This document shows positions 25,953 to 40,580 of a stretch of DNA of 60,000 bases, in pieces. The notes under the pieces are model-generated. The model was not told the DNA's origin. It did no database searches and was given only the letters and a program-made list of their open reading frames with translations. Source of the DNA: Lytechinus pictus (lineage: Eukaryota); NCBI RefSeq assembly GCF_037042905.1, contig NC_087252.1, positions 6,450,001-6,510,000 on the forward strand, written 5' to 3'. The position numbers and the translations under genes were made by a program. Position 1 is the stretch's first letter; every line of letters starts with the position of its first letter.

Positions 25953-27701
25953 TGTCGGGAAATGGAATTTTGTGAAGGCGAAATTTATAAGGATTTAATT
26001 TGTGCGGTGAGATCTGCGTATCTGAACCAGGTGTTTCGAATATTTACGCTATGTTACGTAATCGTACTAGGCCGAATTTACTTTTTTTTGAAGCGCATTG
26101 ATATATGCATCTTTAATTAGGTCGTACTCGTACCGTTTCACGTGTGATAGCCCTTTGGGTGTGGTTTGATTAGGAGAAGGCATTTGAAGATCTACGTGCA
26201 CGGACGTGTTTGTAGGCAGAGCACGAGAAGTTTTAAACGTGTGTTGGAGATTTCTTCGGTATGTAAACTTTTATATAGCATTTTAAGTCTATAAGAAGTC
26301 ACTTTAATGCTGAGAATAATTCTAAGAGTATTTGTAACTATTTTAACTGGATTTAAGAGATTATTTTGAGTACTTTCCATGTCTTGACTTTGATGCGTCT
26401 GAAGGATAAGAATTTCGATTTCTGTAACAAATTGTGGGAAATGATGCAAATGCTCTGTGGTTATCTCAAAATAGAGATTTATCGGGTTTTCAGTATTTGT
26501 TGTTAATGATTTAATATGTTAAAAGATAACAGGTTCAGATACTTGCTTGTTATAGGAGTGATTTAATTGTTTTTGGTTCAGCATTTACGAACGTAGATGG
26601 CGCCATTTTATCCGACTTCTCAAGATGGCCGCGCCCATGAATCGAAGATATAAAATGTATGTATAAGATCATGAAGTGATTACACTGTAACATTGCAGTG
26701 CAATGTTACAGTGATTGCACTGATATCAAATTATAAGATGATTATTCCGTAAATAATATGATAATTCATATACTTCTGAGAGTATTTCGAGTGTAGAATT
26801 GTTGGTGATGAATAAAGTAACTTCTTATTTATAGCTGGGAGAATTGGGACTTCAGCTGGTCCAATAGGCAGTGGGTCTACCTGTGGCAGTGGCTGGTAGT
26901 GAGCTACTGTGGGGCTTGCAGTGGCTGTGGAGTTTGCAGTCCAGGGGTTGCAGTCTGTGGGTTGCAGTCTGTTGTACTGGTAGTGGCAGCCTGTAGTTTG
27001 AAGCAGTTGATTGACCTTTTTCTGACCTTGGGTAGGCATCTTAGAGTTTTGTTTCTTATATCATCAGATGTGTATCATGTATTAATGTCTGATATTAGGA
27101 TGATTGCATTAATGATTTTATAATGTCTTATAATATTGTCAAACGGTATTACAGAGGATTTGTTTTGACAGTTTAATTAATCTTATACGAAATAGATTGA
27201 ACAGATGCAAGAGTTGAGTGAATAAGCTGGTATTGGTATTATACTAGATATTGTTCGAGGTGCTTTGTACTAAAACAAAGAGGGATTTTATAGGCTTATG
27301 GTGAATTTATAGTAGGCAAGAAAATAACTTGTTGTAAAACCATAATTATTTTGAATTCTTACAAGGGAAATAGTTTCGACTGAATTTAACTTGGTAAAAT
27401 TCAAGATTGTTTGCAGCGAGGCGTTAAACTTTAATGACAAGAAGTCTGTTTCATTTTTGTAAGCATTACAGAACTATCAAGTGATGAGATGGGAACTGTT
27501 TACATGTGAACTTTGTCATTTATTATTTGAATCTGTAATATGATACATGTAATTTATTACGGTTTTTGTTTATGTATCTTTACAGGGTTTTCTTTATGTT
27601 TCCTATGACGCCGATTAAATGAAACTGCCCTAGATCTGGTGTCCCGGTTTCTTTATTGAACTGTCCGGTCCCTTAGCAAGGTCCAACCCCCACCCACGAC
27701 A
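25953..27701 (+). mobile_element. Solo LTR (Gypsy-like, 1749 bp)
   Basis: TGTCG...CGACA termini with 4-bp TSD ATAT (25949-25952, 27702-27705); ATTAAA near the 3' end (~27614). Confidence 0.75.
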
Positions 27702-27761
27702 ATATGTTAATGAGCATGATGATAGGAAAGTAAAACTCAACTGTATTATTTCGATCCCTAA

Positions 27762-28192
27762 AGCCCCCATCACACTTATTCGGAATCAGCAGGAATCAAG
27801 CAGAAGCTGGAAAGAAAAAAATATTCAAAAAATCTAGAAATTTTTGGGAGGAACTTATGAATTCACCAAACTGGAGTTGAAATTCAGTAAATTGACCAGG
27901 TGTATCATCATACACTAGTAAAAATGAACCGCAATTGAGTCAGATTGATAATTCGTGCTACGTTCTTGGACATTCTAGGGGCATTCTAAATATCCTGACT
28001 GCATTCTGAGTGCATTCGAAATATTTTTGTCATTTCTTTTGGCCGTCCCGAAGGTTTTGGTCATGTTCAAAACATTCGAGGGATATTTTCGAACGATGTT
28101 CGAAGTAGATTTAAATGACCAACTGGTGGTCAAACAATAGTCCTTTCATTCAGGCCAATTCTGCTTGATTCGGAATAAGTGTGATGGGGACT
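27762..28192. mobile_element. MITE, PIF/Harbinger-like
   Basis: TIRs agcccccatcacacttattcggaatca and tgattcggaataagtgtgatggggact; TAA/TAT flanks. Confidence 0.75.
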
Positions 28193-28904
28193 TATGTGGC
28201 CTACATGAAGGCCCATTTTGAAAGATAATTAACCATTATTTTGAGATACCCTTTTATCATCATAATCATGAGAATTGTGCTGTTGTGACATAATGGCTCA
28301 GTGGTAGAGCGTCATGTAAACTTAAAAACTTAGGCCTTCTGCCTTCTTGCTATAGGCGCTTAGCATTTACATTGTAGAACAGTAATAATGACATGTAATG
28401 TTATGCAGGGCCCGGTGGAAGATCATCTTACAGCTTAAGTGGCTACCCTGGGTAAAGAGTTATTTTTTATCATTTTATATAGCCCTATTATCATAAAGAG
28501 CGAAGTGACGACGTTAACCTATATCATACTCATACATTAAGATAGATTACAAACATTCACAGTTGCTTAATTCACATCGTAGTTAATTTCTATCAAAAGA
28601 GACTTTACGGTGAGACATAATATATAAACAATGCTTTCAAAATCATGGCTATTTGCTCCAATATCCTCAGATCTATATACTCACAAAGCTGCCATAAACA
28701 AACTTTCTTGAATAAAGGCATTTAAACAATAACCGAACAGTACGTTCAAAATCGACAACAAATGCATTATCAAGCCATATAGGTGGCAGGTTTTTTTATT
28801 ATTACTTGGAGATCGTCTCCTAGCAGCCTAGTGGCGGAGTTCGAGGGGACGGGACGTCATACTGTGGAAGGGTACACACACACAAGCACACCCACACATA
28901 CACA

Positions 28905-29180
28905 ATGCAACGAATGTATTTCATGAGAAAATTGAAGTCATTCCATGTTGACCACACTATTATGGTTTTATTCTACAGATCACTTATTGAAAGCATAATC
29001 ATATGTGATTGTGTGGTTTGGTACACAAGCTGCCGTAAAAAATATCTAAATACACGAAGAAGAATGGTACCGGTCAGATAAGCAGAGAAAATATCAGGAC
29101 AAGACCTAAACCTCATTGATGAATGTCGAAATAGAATACTGGAAAAGGGAAAAGTTCGTTAGACCTTCATCCATAGAAAT
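28905..29180 (+). mobile_element. Rex1/Babar-like LINE fragment
   Basis: Translates to MYFMRKLKSFHVD..MVLFYRSLIESII.CDCVVWY, resembling the post-RT segment of Rex1-type LINEs. Confidence 0.6.
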
Positions 29181-30454
29181 GAGGTGGGTGCATGATTTCT
29201 TTTTTTCTTTCTTTTCTTTAATTTTGAGTGTTTTTGGTATTCCAACCTCGAAGGTACCCATGTTAGTATTTGTTAATTGTGGCAGCCTATGTGGCTACTT
29301 TTTTCCAAAACCGTGTACAAAAACGTAAAAATTACCATATGATTGTGATTTTTTGCATGGTCAGCCCATCTCCTCCCACTTTGAAAACCGTTCCGCGGCC
29401 CCTGCTTAGACGTGCCTTTTTAGGCATTTTAGCATTTACTACGTGGAAACTTTCTACAACGCATCAAATTCCTTTAAAAATGCGAGTCAAATCACAATGG
29501 AGAGCTGAGAGGCTTTTGTCGAAAGTTGGTGGACCGGGACAGCATCAGAATCGCTTGACTCTGGACAACGACTTCCTCGGCAAATCTTCGAATGATCTGC
29601 TGTCCCAGTCCACCAACTTCCGATAAAAGCCTCTCAGCCCTAGGGCCCTGGGGACGATTTTTTCTGGGGTGCCGAAGTAAATTTTTGACAAACCCCCCTC
29701 CAAAAAAAAAGAGGGTTTCACTACAAAATGAAGGTCATTTTGGTCCCGACAAATTGATAAGCAAAAAAAAAAATTCAACACAAGATGTTGGACATTTTCC
29801 TTACATTTTGTCAATTTGCTACACCTATCCGAATTCCTTGGGGTGCTGCCTATGGAGAATAATACACGAAGCGCCTCCAGGGAAAATATTTGGGTTGCTT
29901 CATCACTCCCATGTGATTTTAAGGACGTTCCACAGTTAAAGTGAAATCCATGCCATTTTCACCAAACTTTGCACGTAGATACTTTAGCATCTGTATATCT
30001 AACATGCCTAAGAGGTGCAGACATCAAACAACATTTGGTTCATGTGCTTGCTTTCAAACTATCAGTAATTTTATTAGAGTAAATGTGCTTTTTAAAACAC
30101 ACACAAAAAAACCGCGCCAAGTGCTTTGTATCTACAGTATGTGAGTAAAAAATCCAAACCACTCTACCATTTATTCAAACTCGGTGTAATTTTTGTCATA
30201 CTTTGCAGTACTGCAGAGTAAAGTATTTTGATATTGTAGAGGTATTTTTAAAAAAATGTTCCATAGAATAATTCAAGTTTATTAGCTTTATTAAATAACA
30301 CATCGGATCTGCAGTTAGGGTGCAGATAGAGAGAAAAATCAGCTCATACTTACAGCTGATTAATTACCTGTTCGTCCATTGTTCGTCCATTGTAGTGGTG
30401 CGCGGATCATTTCAGGTTTTTGCAACCCAAGCCGATTCTGCACCGCGAGCTTAG

Positions 30455-30685
30455 ACAGCGTGTAAACGCGGTGCAAGATAAACCAAGAGCCGATTCTGCA
30501 TTAGCCTCTTGTCGAGGGATATAGCGAAGCAGAGCGCCGTGAGACAGGCCAGGCCTAATTCGCTTCGCGAATTAGGAAATCCCTCGCTTCGCTCGAGAAG
30601 CAGCCGCCAGCAGGGCCTCGACAAGAGGCTAAATCCGCATCGGCTTTCGGTTCTGAACCAAAAGCCGATGCACGTGTTTACACGG
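30455..30685. mobile_element. Palindromic MITE-like element
   Basis: Inverted ends cgtgtaaac and gtttacacg, plus internal inverted segments (ttagcctcttgtcgagg / cctcgacaagaggctaa). Confidence 0.55.
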
Positions 30686-31235
30686 TATGTGGAATGTCCT
30701 TAATTGCATTTTCAAAGGAATCGATTCGTTGTAGAGAATTTCCCCCGTAATAACTCCATATTGTTTATTCACGTGACCCATCAACTTATAAGCTAGGTTT
30801 TGCTTTCATTTATTCCCATTTCATATTATGATGAAATAATTTGAGGAATGTGATGATAATATTAATAATGATAATAATTATAATAGTAATCACCATCATC
30901 ATAATGACCATCATAATAACAATAATAATACCAATAATAATAATATTGATTATACTAGTAACAATGATAAAATGGATCTGGGCTCGTAGTTCATTAAACA
31001 AGATAAGCTTTTGTCTTAAGTTTGAGCATTTTTTGAATGTCTAAGAAATCTTCCCTAACGATCGTATAAGTTGGACGATAAGCCGAATTCTATGACGTCA
31101 TAAGAAAATTTCAATGTCGCGCAATATTTTTTCATGAACGTGACATCTGCCCGCGGTAAAAGAAAATAAATAAATGAAGGCATATAATGTTTTTAAAATA
31201 AAGAAAAAATCTCATGACATCAAATCTACGGAAGC

Positions 31236-32532
31236 CAGGCGCGTAGCCAGGGGGGGGGGGCAGTGGGGGCGGTCGCCCCCCCCCCCCAAAAAAAAAACGC
31301 TCCCAAAAAGAAAAAAAGGAGAAAAGGGAAGAAAGGTATAACTTTGTTGTTTTTCCCCTTCTTTTTTGGTTAAAAGAATAAAAACCCTAAACGAGACGTT
31401 CTTCTCTCTTCATACAAAATTTTGCTTCCGCGCTCCGCGCGAGAAAAATATCAAAATTGCCATTCCCTTTTGTTTCCCACACCTTTCTTCTACTCCGTTT
31501 TTTCCCTTCCCGCCTGTGGGAATCGTATATTCTTGCCAGAAATTATACATGGGTGTAAAGAGTATGACAAGTATTTTTCAAATATTGCATTGACACAAAA
31601 GTTTGGCTCTTCTGTTTGGAGCGGGTAAACATTACCGTCGCTCCCCGAGTCCCCAAATGCTATTTCTTCCGCTTTTCAGCAAGCCTTTTGGCAAAGTATC
31701 TGCTCAAAGGGGGAGGCATTAAATTCGTGCCGTGCTATATGCAAAAGTATGTACGATATTATACTTTATTCGATATCGCTGCACATCCATGTCTTGTTTT
31801 GCGCCATTGATTTGAAATTTTGAATATCTCTGAAGTTTCTTAATCAAAAGGAAGCGCTTAATATGAGCGAAATTACACATTTTTCCCCCAAAATAAATCA
31901 CAAAGGTTTCCGCGCTTCGAGAGCATGGGAAAGGAAAAGTCCCTCTTTTAGCTTGCATCATCCCTTTCACATTTTGAGCTCGTTTTTCTTCTTAATCGAG
32001 TTATATATAATCTAAGAAATATCAAATTTAGAGCAGCTGTTAAAGTTTCAGAGGATTTTTTTTATATTCGCGGGAAGGAATATAGCGCCTATTTCCTTCC
32101 TGTATATACCCGTCTTCTACTCTATTTTGCGACTTGAGTTAAAGAAATTTAATGTGGATACACTTTTTACAATATAATCTGATGTGACCAAGGGAGGCAT
32201 AATCATTTCTGTTCTCTATTTTCATAAAACATTATAAGCTTCCACGCTTCGCACGGTAAGAGGAATTATTTCAAATTATTCAATCTTTTCCCATTTTTGG
32301 GGCACTCATAATTTATTTTGTTTTAATCATAGCAAGTCAATATTCGAGTTGATAAGGGTACTAGAGAGTGGAGACGCAAGAGACGCCTTCTTTTGATTTG
32401 AATTTGATGAGATATATCGAAAACTCCCCCCTCCCTGCACCCTAGGGAGCGCGCTTCGCGCGCTCTGTAAGTGTTGGCACGCTTCGCGTGCACTTTAGCC
32501 CCCTCCAAAATTAAATCCGTGCTACGCGGTTG
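31236..32532. mobile_element. hAT-type non-autonomous element
   Basis: caggcgcgtagc ... gctacgcggttg; perfect 8-bp TSD ACGGAAGC. Confidence 0.9.
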
Positions 32533-32764
32533 ACGGAAGCCGAGGAGAAAATGAGAACGAATTTTAAAAAGAAAGAGAGAGGGGGGAAGACATAATTATT
32601 AAGACCGAAAATAAATCATTTCAGGGCAAAGAAATTACACTGAAACTAAATGCAGCAAATCCGTATGATGAGCAAACAGTCGGCAGTTGGGAGAAATACT
32701 ACTACTAATAAACTGGTATAATATTACAAGCCAGATGAACGGAAACGATCACTTAGAAAAGAAT

Positions 32765-32944
32765 ACACTCTTAAAATGTCGGGCAACATACTCTCCACAC
32801 AAAAACTCTTGGTAGTTTTCAATTCAACCAATACTGTGCAGTTTTCACCCAAAGCACACATATGTTTGAAACTACCCAGAAAGTTTTAATCAATAAATAT
32901 TATTGTGTGGACAGTATTACGTTGCCCAACATTTTCAAGAGTGT
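32765..32944. mobile_element. Small MITE with CACT termini
   Basis: cactcttaaaatgtcgggcaac ... gttgcccaacattttcaagagtg. Confidence 0.6.
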
Positions 32945-33297
32945 GGGTGGGGGAGGCATAAGCAACGTTTCTCGTTTTGGGCGTAATGGGTATACAATAT
33001 AAAAAAAAAGTTAGGGCGAAATTCTTATTATATATTATGTATTAATTACACATGGTTAAGAATTTGAAATATTTTTTGTATGGAATATTGACTCTGCAGC
33101 TTAAAAAAAGGTTACTACCCATACATTCTAATTAGACGAGCAAATATCCTAGCCAAATTCTGTGACAAAATTCCTTGCCAATATAATACACGTTTTGGCC
33201 AAGATTTGCCTCCGAAAGAGAATAAGACAAAGTATTTAGATATTTGTTTATCTCCTTTATGAATTACAGGCCCCGAATTCTATAAATGAATACAGAC

Positions 33298-33671
33298 CTA
33301 ATCCATATTTCTCTATGACGGCAACAGAAGATGTCAGATCTATCTGCTCGGCTTGGGAAGATGTAGGTTCTGGTTTGTTTTCCTGTTTCACATCCCCATG
33401 AAGGGCACGACGAATGTAAGGCACTATGTTCGGTGAATTCCAATATGGATCAATCACTCCAATGGTAAGCTTGGAAGGGAAAAACACTCGTTTATCATCA
33501 CAGGACGCATTTTCTCCTGGTGTATACGACAATATTTCATGCTGTATTGCTGCAAGCTTATGTGGAATATCTGGACTAGAGAATTCCATATTTGCACTCC
33601 AATTTTGTCTGAATATGTTGCGTCCAACTATGATGCTGTCGGACGTGTTCTCATACAATAATGCGATGTTG
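33298..33671 (-). CDS. Exon encoding the N-terminal half of a degenerate P-loop/IFI44-like region
   Basis: Poly-T tract with tandem acceptors (tatag|33676, cgtag|33671); open frame NIALLYENTSD..HEILSYTPG..KLTIGVIDP..VAVIEKYGL; donor G|gtctgt, phase 1, matches the next exon. Confidence 0.7.
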
Positions 33672-34979
33672 CTACGCTATACAAAAAAAATCCCCGAGCA
33701 TTTAGCATGTTTAGTTTCCACCTTGCACGGAAACACTTTTGAGTAAACACAGACATTGAAGTGTATGTCTAATATTTCATGTCGCGGAATCTTTCCCCCT
33801 TTTCTGTTGCTTTCTTTTGAATTATTCATTGTTCAGAAGCATTCAAATGCAGGCAAGGGTTCGAAATGCAAACAATTATTTTTTTTCCATTCAAAAGATT
33901 GTGAAGCTGCACCAAGAACACTTTTGCCAAATAATGATAATATTCCGCATTATACAGCGCTTAACACATCCATGACGTCGGAACGACGTCTCTAAGCGCG
34001 ACAGATTACCCCGGTCGTCGGATCCTTACATGCCTGCATACAATGTATGCACCTTCTCCACTCCCTGGGCATGGCCGTAGCCAGAAGCATTTTGTTGGGG
34101 GGGGGGGGTGTACCAGCTAAATTTGCCAACTAAATTTGGCGTGACAGCGCCAACATGAGCACAGGGAGAGTCTGATGGGGGATGTGCCCCCTCTTCAATA
34201 ATCACATGCTAAAATATTTTGAATTTTGGCATTTGGTGAATACTTTAAGGTAAATTATACAAAGATTGAGACTGAGTGACAGTTCTTGGGATAAAAGGGA
34301 TTAGACAGCTTTCAAACTGCATGTTTGAAGCCTGGAATTGATTGCACCAATGAACTTGACTTGATTGACTGCAACCCCAACCTGCCCCCACTCCCACCCA
34401 TCCCCACCCCAAGCATATTCTGACACCATAAATTAAAAATAAAGTCTTCGGCGACAGAATTTAGTAAAAATAACTTAGAACATTTTTGTGTTTTTTGCCA
34501 ACTGCAAACTTGTAGACAAGTCTACAAGTTGTAGACTTGTCTTCATGAATTTGCCAACTGCAGAGTTAGCATTTTTTTAAGTATTGTGTTCTGTTCTTTT
34601 CAGATCTGAAATGGGGCAGTACTTGTACATCACTTTGCTGACTGGTAGAGCGTATAGTGTTCTGCCACTTTAATAGGCCCACTTTATAATTTGCCAACTA
34701 TACTTTGGCTTTGATTATTCAACTTAAACCTTGGAAATTATCCCACCCCATATTTCTTTACCAAGTCTTGCCTCTAATTTTACAAAACTAATGTGTTTGT
34801 TAAATCGTCAATAATTGTGGTATAATTTGCAAACTCACAAGCTTGTTTATATTGGGGGAGGACCGGGGGCTTACTTTGTGTGTTATTATAGCTCCATCTG
34901 TTTTGTCCTTTGTATTTTGCTGACTAAGTAGGGCTCTAAGCCTGGCTACATGGACTTGGATTTGCCAACTGGTTGTGTT

Positions 34980-35080
34980 CAGGGGCGTCGATCCATTTTT
35001 CAGATTGGGGGGGGCAAAATCATGAACAACGTTCCGAAGGCGCTCGATCGTACAACCCCCCCCCCCCACACACACACATA

Positions 35081-35120
<40 letters not shown>

Positions 35121-35857
35121 TCATGAAATACAGACACGTATCTCACCAACAAATTAATGCGAGCGCAAAGCGCGAGCTGAAATTTTTTATGTACTGACCT
35201 TAAAACAGGAAAAGCGTACCTGTTAAGGACTGTTTGTAGTAACTCATGAGGAGGATACATATCTCACAAAACAGATATAATGCGAGTGCCGAGAGCGAGC
35301 TGAAATTTCTGTATATTCTGACCTGAAAGCTTGATACTGTAAGCATTTTTTACACCAATGATTAAGATTGGTATCTAAAAGAAAAGAACAATAGATGCGA
35401 GCGCGAAGCTCGAGCTGAAAATTTTGATATTTCGATCTGAAAAAAAATTAGTTTAATGGACGTTTTTGAAAAAAAAAAAAACAAGATATATATCCAACAA
35501 AAGATTATTGCAAATCGACGTGGGAGTTCTTTTGAGGTTTAGAACTGAAAACGGGACATTCTATTCACGTATTTAATCATGAAAAGTATGGGTTTTTGCT
35601 ACAGAAATGATGCGAGCGCGAAGCGCGAGCTGAAAATTTTTATATTCCAATCTCAAAAGCGGACATTTTGAGCACGATTTGAAATAAAGGACAATTTGTG
35701 TATCTCAATCTCGCTTGCTGAACATTACAATCTTATTTTATTTTTGCACATCCGGAATTATTGGGGGGGGGGGGCAAAACGACATGTTTGCCCCCCCAAT
35801 ATTTTCATTGGTGGGGCGATCGCCCCCCCCCCCTGCCCCCCAGGATCGACGCCTCTG
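34980..35857. mobile_element. hAT-type non-autonomous element with GCGAGCGCGAAGCGCGAGC repeats
   Basis: caggggcgtcgatcc ... ggatcgacgcctctg; 8-bp TSD GTTGTGTT. Confidence 0.9.
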
Positions 35858-35905
35858 GTTGTGTTTACTCTATAAGTCGTAACCTTCTTCGAAGTTTGTA
35901 CCTCT

Positions 35906-36886
<981 letters not shown>

Positions 36887-37226
36887 GCTCGCAACACAAG
36901 CACACAGATATTTGCCTTCAGGGGCGTTATACTTGACATTAAGAAATGTTCAATTTTGCACCTTTCTTATACGTGGCTCATCTCTGCGTCCTATAGGTGC
37001 TTGATATTTTAGCTTACTACACCCTTAGAGGTTCACAAAATGTAATTGCACCCCATAAATTGCACTCATTAGCACCCATTAGGAAGCTGCTATTGTACGA
37101 GGGACGTGGGAGGGAGAACCCCTCGGGTTCAAATTCCAACCACTGTTTCTTCCTTTTGAAAAAACAACAACAATTGTCATGATTGTTGTCGATAAAACAT
37201 CAGGTTTGTAGGCTTCACACGATTCT

Positions 37227-37372
37227 AGGACATCTACCCCCCCCCCGGACATCTACCCCCAGACGTTTACCCCAGGACATCTATCCCCAGACATTTACCC
37301 CCGGACATCTACCCCCGGACATCTAGCCCCAGACATCTACCGCCCGAACATTACCCCCGGACATCTACCCAA
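37227..37372. repeat. Minisatellite of ~14-bp ggacatctacccc(c) units
   Basis: About ten degenerate tandem copies. Confidence 0.85.
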
Positions 37373-38010
37373 GGACTGTTTGCCGGATTTCACGGAGAGG
37401 ATGCGCATCATCATGCGAGCGCGTAGCGCTGGTAAAGATTCTTTTTAGTGAGCATGACCATGGTGCGTATCTCTCGAAAACAAAATAATGAAAAAATCCA
37501 ATCTCGAGCAAAGTTATTTGTGCACATTGACTTAAAAACGGGATATTTAAAGCTTCATTTTATCATATTAAGCAGATCATAACTTCTCACTCAATTGTCA
37601 TTTTGTCATTTTGATATAATCACATGTAAGTTTTTTATTTTATTTTCCAATAATTCTCCTCCCCTTATTTCATTCACTTTTCTTCCTCTGCTACTTTTCC
37701 TCTCTCCCCCTTTCGTTCTTTTTTTTCTAGTAGACTTGTTAAGAGATTGAACGCTTTAAATTTTGTTTCGCCTGCATAGCAGAGCAGACTATAGGCGCCG
37801 TTTTTCCGACGGCGGCGACGGCGCCAGCGGTGTCGTCAACATTGAAATCTTAACCAAGGTTAAGTTTTTGAAACTTTAATTTTGTTTATAATTTTCATAT
37901 TCATTATAAATTATAATTCATATAATTGAAAACAGTACAAACTCCAAATTACTTTATGATAGGGTTAACTCTGAAAATGTACTAGATTTATCATCGTTTA
38001 GTTTCTTCAA

Positions 38011-38637
38011 GGGGGCGCCGGGGTCTAATGGTTACAACTCTAGTTTTTCAATCAGAGGGACGTGGGTTCAAATCCCATCCTTGGCGTGTTTTCTGGCAGC
38101 AACATATTTACCCACATTGTGCTGCACTCAACCCATGTGAGGTGAATGGGTACCCGGCAGGATTAGTTCCTTGAATCATCGACCTACTACTGATGCACTG
38201 AGCGCTGAAAGGCAGCTCGAACTAAAGCCGGGGTAATGATAATAATATTGATAATAAACAATGCGCCTCGGAATAGATTATTTCTAGAAAGATGGCACTA
38301 TATGAATGCCTATTTTTATTAGTATTATTATTATTATCATTATCATCATTATTGTTATGATAATAATATTAATAATGATAATAATAATAATAATAATAGT
38401 TATTATTATTATTATTATGATTATTATTATCATTATCATCATTATTGTTATGATAATAATGATAATAATAATAATAATAATAATACTAGTTATTATTATT
38501 ATTATTATGACTATTATTATCATTATTATTATCATCATCATTATCATTATTGATATTATTATCACTATTATTATCATTATTATCATCATCATTATTATTA
38601 TTAATATTATTATTATTATTATCATTATTATTATTGA
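38011..38637 (+). mobile_element. tRNA-derived SINE with an expanded (ATT/ATC)n tail
   Basis: A/B boxes (gggtctaatgg, ggttcaaatcc); same body as 14758; ATT-type repeat at ~38315-38637. Confidence 0.75.
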
Positions 38638-39022
38638 TACTCAGGGGCGGATAATTGAACATACAATGGGGAGGGGGGCATCCATACTGTATCCATTCAT
38701 ACATCCATCACATCTGTATTCTTATTATATTGTATCATACTTTTATCATATCAACTTCTGTGATAGAAGAAATGTCATTCAAGCAAACGTGATACGGACG
38801 GTTTATTTGGTTTATGTACCACAATTTCAAACAAGGCTGAACATAATATTCACGACTATTACAGAAACATATTTCGAATTCTCTTTTTTTTTGGTCACAA
38901 AATGGGCAGCTACGAAGAGTGTGACTTTACCTTTCCTTTTTGAGAGCTACGCTCCTTTTAAAATCAAATAATAAATGGCTATTTATATGTATTATATACA
39001 TGTATATACATATATATGCATG

Positions 39023-39079
<57 letters not shown>

Positions 39080-39232
39080 GTGTGAAATTATACATGTACA
39101 ACAGCTTTGGCAACTCTTTTATTCGAATATTTTGTGAAAGAAATGGATGAAGAGAACAATGGTAGGCGTAGCTTAAATCAAGGTTTCACAGAGCTATCTA
39201 CCCTTTGGAAAAAATTGGTGATGCGGAAAGAA

Positions 39233-39304
39233 TGTCTCTGCCGGGAATCGAACCCGGGCCCCCAGCTTTGAACGCCGGTGCCTTAACCACTAGACCACAG
39301 AGAC
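39233..39304 (-). tRNA. Second tRNA-like cloverleaf with TCA anticodon (same repeat family)
   Basis: Identical to 21518-21589 except a fully paired T stem (CCCGG); followed by TTCTTT; flanks shared with the first copy. Confidence 0.5.
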
Positions 39305-39995
39305 GGGTTAGTGGCTAGGGAGACCCCAATCCGATTGACCGTCAGATTTTCGACACTATTTTCTAAACCCACCTATACACCCGACAAAGGAAATTATAAT
39401 TGGTATAGTGTCGAAAATCTGTATATATATATATATATATATTTTTTTTTTTTGGGGGGGTAATATCTATACAATAATTATCAGTATCAATGTTGCAAAG
39501 TGGAAATGTGGAGAAAAAAGGAAATATCATAAATTTTCATTATTACCCCCCCCCCTCCCTTGGATTATCAGCGTGCAAAGAGTTAAATGTTTGGAGTCGT
39601 TGGCATGGGTGTCGGTCGGTGTTCATGGTTGGGGGATTCTCCTCGAGAGATTTGTTTTAGTTAAGGGATGGGGTTCAGTGGCGTAGGGCAAAAGTTATAA
39701 AAAGCTGCGAGCGAGCAAAAATTTGGACCTTTTAAATGCAACAGATTTTGACATGATATTTAAAAAAAGATATCATATCGCATCCTGTTTCTGTTCCTTC
39801 TCCTTATTTTCCCTTCTTTCTTTGTTGTGGGAACGACTAAAAAACATGGCATGTCAGGGCTCCGTATAGTACTTGGACATTGAGCATGTGTGCTCAAAGG
39901 CAACTTAGCACCAGGGTGACATTTCTCGTCTTTTGCAATTTCTCGTGGCCGTTGCCTTAAAATCGCGCAATCGTCGTGATGATCATATATCTTAA

Positions 39996-40564
39996 AGGGA
40001 TGCTCCGGGCTGGAAATAATATGATTTAAACAGATCAAGAAAAATCAGACAAAACAAAACACTGAAAATTAGATCAAAATTGGACAACAATTAACAAAGT
40101 TATGGCATTTCAAAGATTTGCATTATTCCGGTGAAACAGTTCCAGGCATGTCTTCATGAAAATTGATGATGTCATATCCCCACTTGTTCTTTTGTACTCT
40201 ATCATATGAAATTGGGTTTATTAAAAAAAATTAACCAAGAACTGAAAAATTTAGATTGACAACTGAGTTAGTGCATTAGATATTCATTGCTGGAACTTAT
40301 TTCATTATAGAGGAGACACATTATTCACACATGTATGTATGCAAATATTGAAACAATTCTGATTTCATGTAATAACATATAAAAAGGAAAGTGGAGATGT
40401 GACATATTCATTATGACGTGTATATGCCTATTTTCACAAAATAATACTATATAAACTTTAAAATTCAATAAATTCGCTATTTGTTATCAGATTTTGATGA
40501 AATTTTCAACATTTTGTTTTGTGAATTTATTTAGATATAAATATTTCCAGCCCGGAGTACCCCT
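39996..40564. mobile_element. TTAA-flanked MITE (Kolobok-like)
   Basis: TTAA|agggatgctccgggctggaaat ... atttccagcccggagtacccct|TTAA. Confidence 0.85.
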
Positions 40565-40580
40565 TTAAAGTCTTTCCTTT

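Noticed and set aside
38284..38971. Poly-Ile/Asn ORFs (similar ones at 850-1335, 2199-2657, 30810-31044)
   Set aside because: Simple-repeat translations with no splice or domain support.
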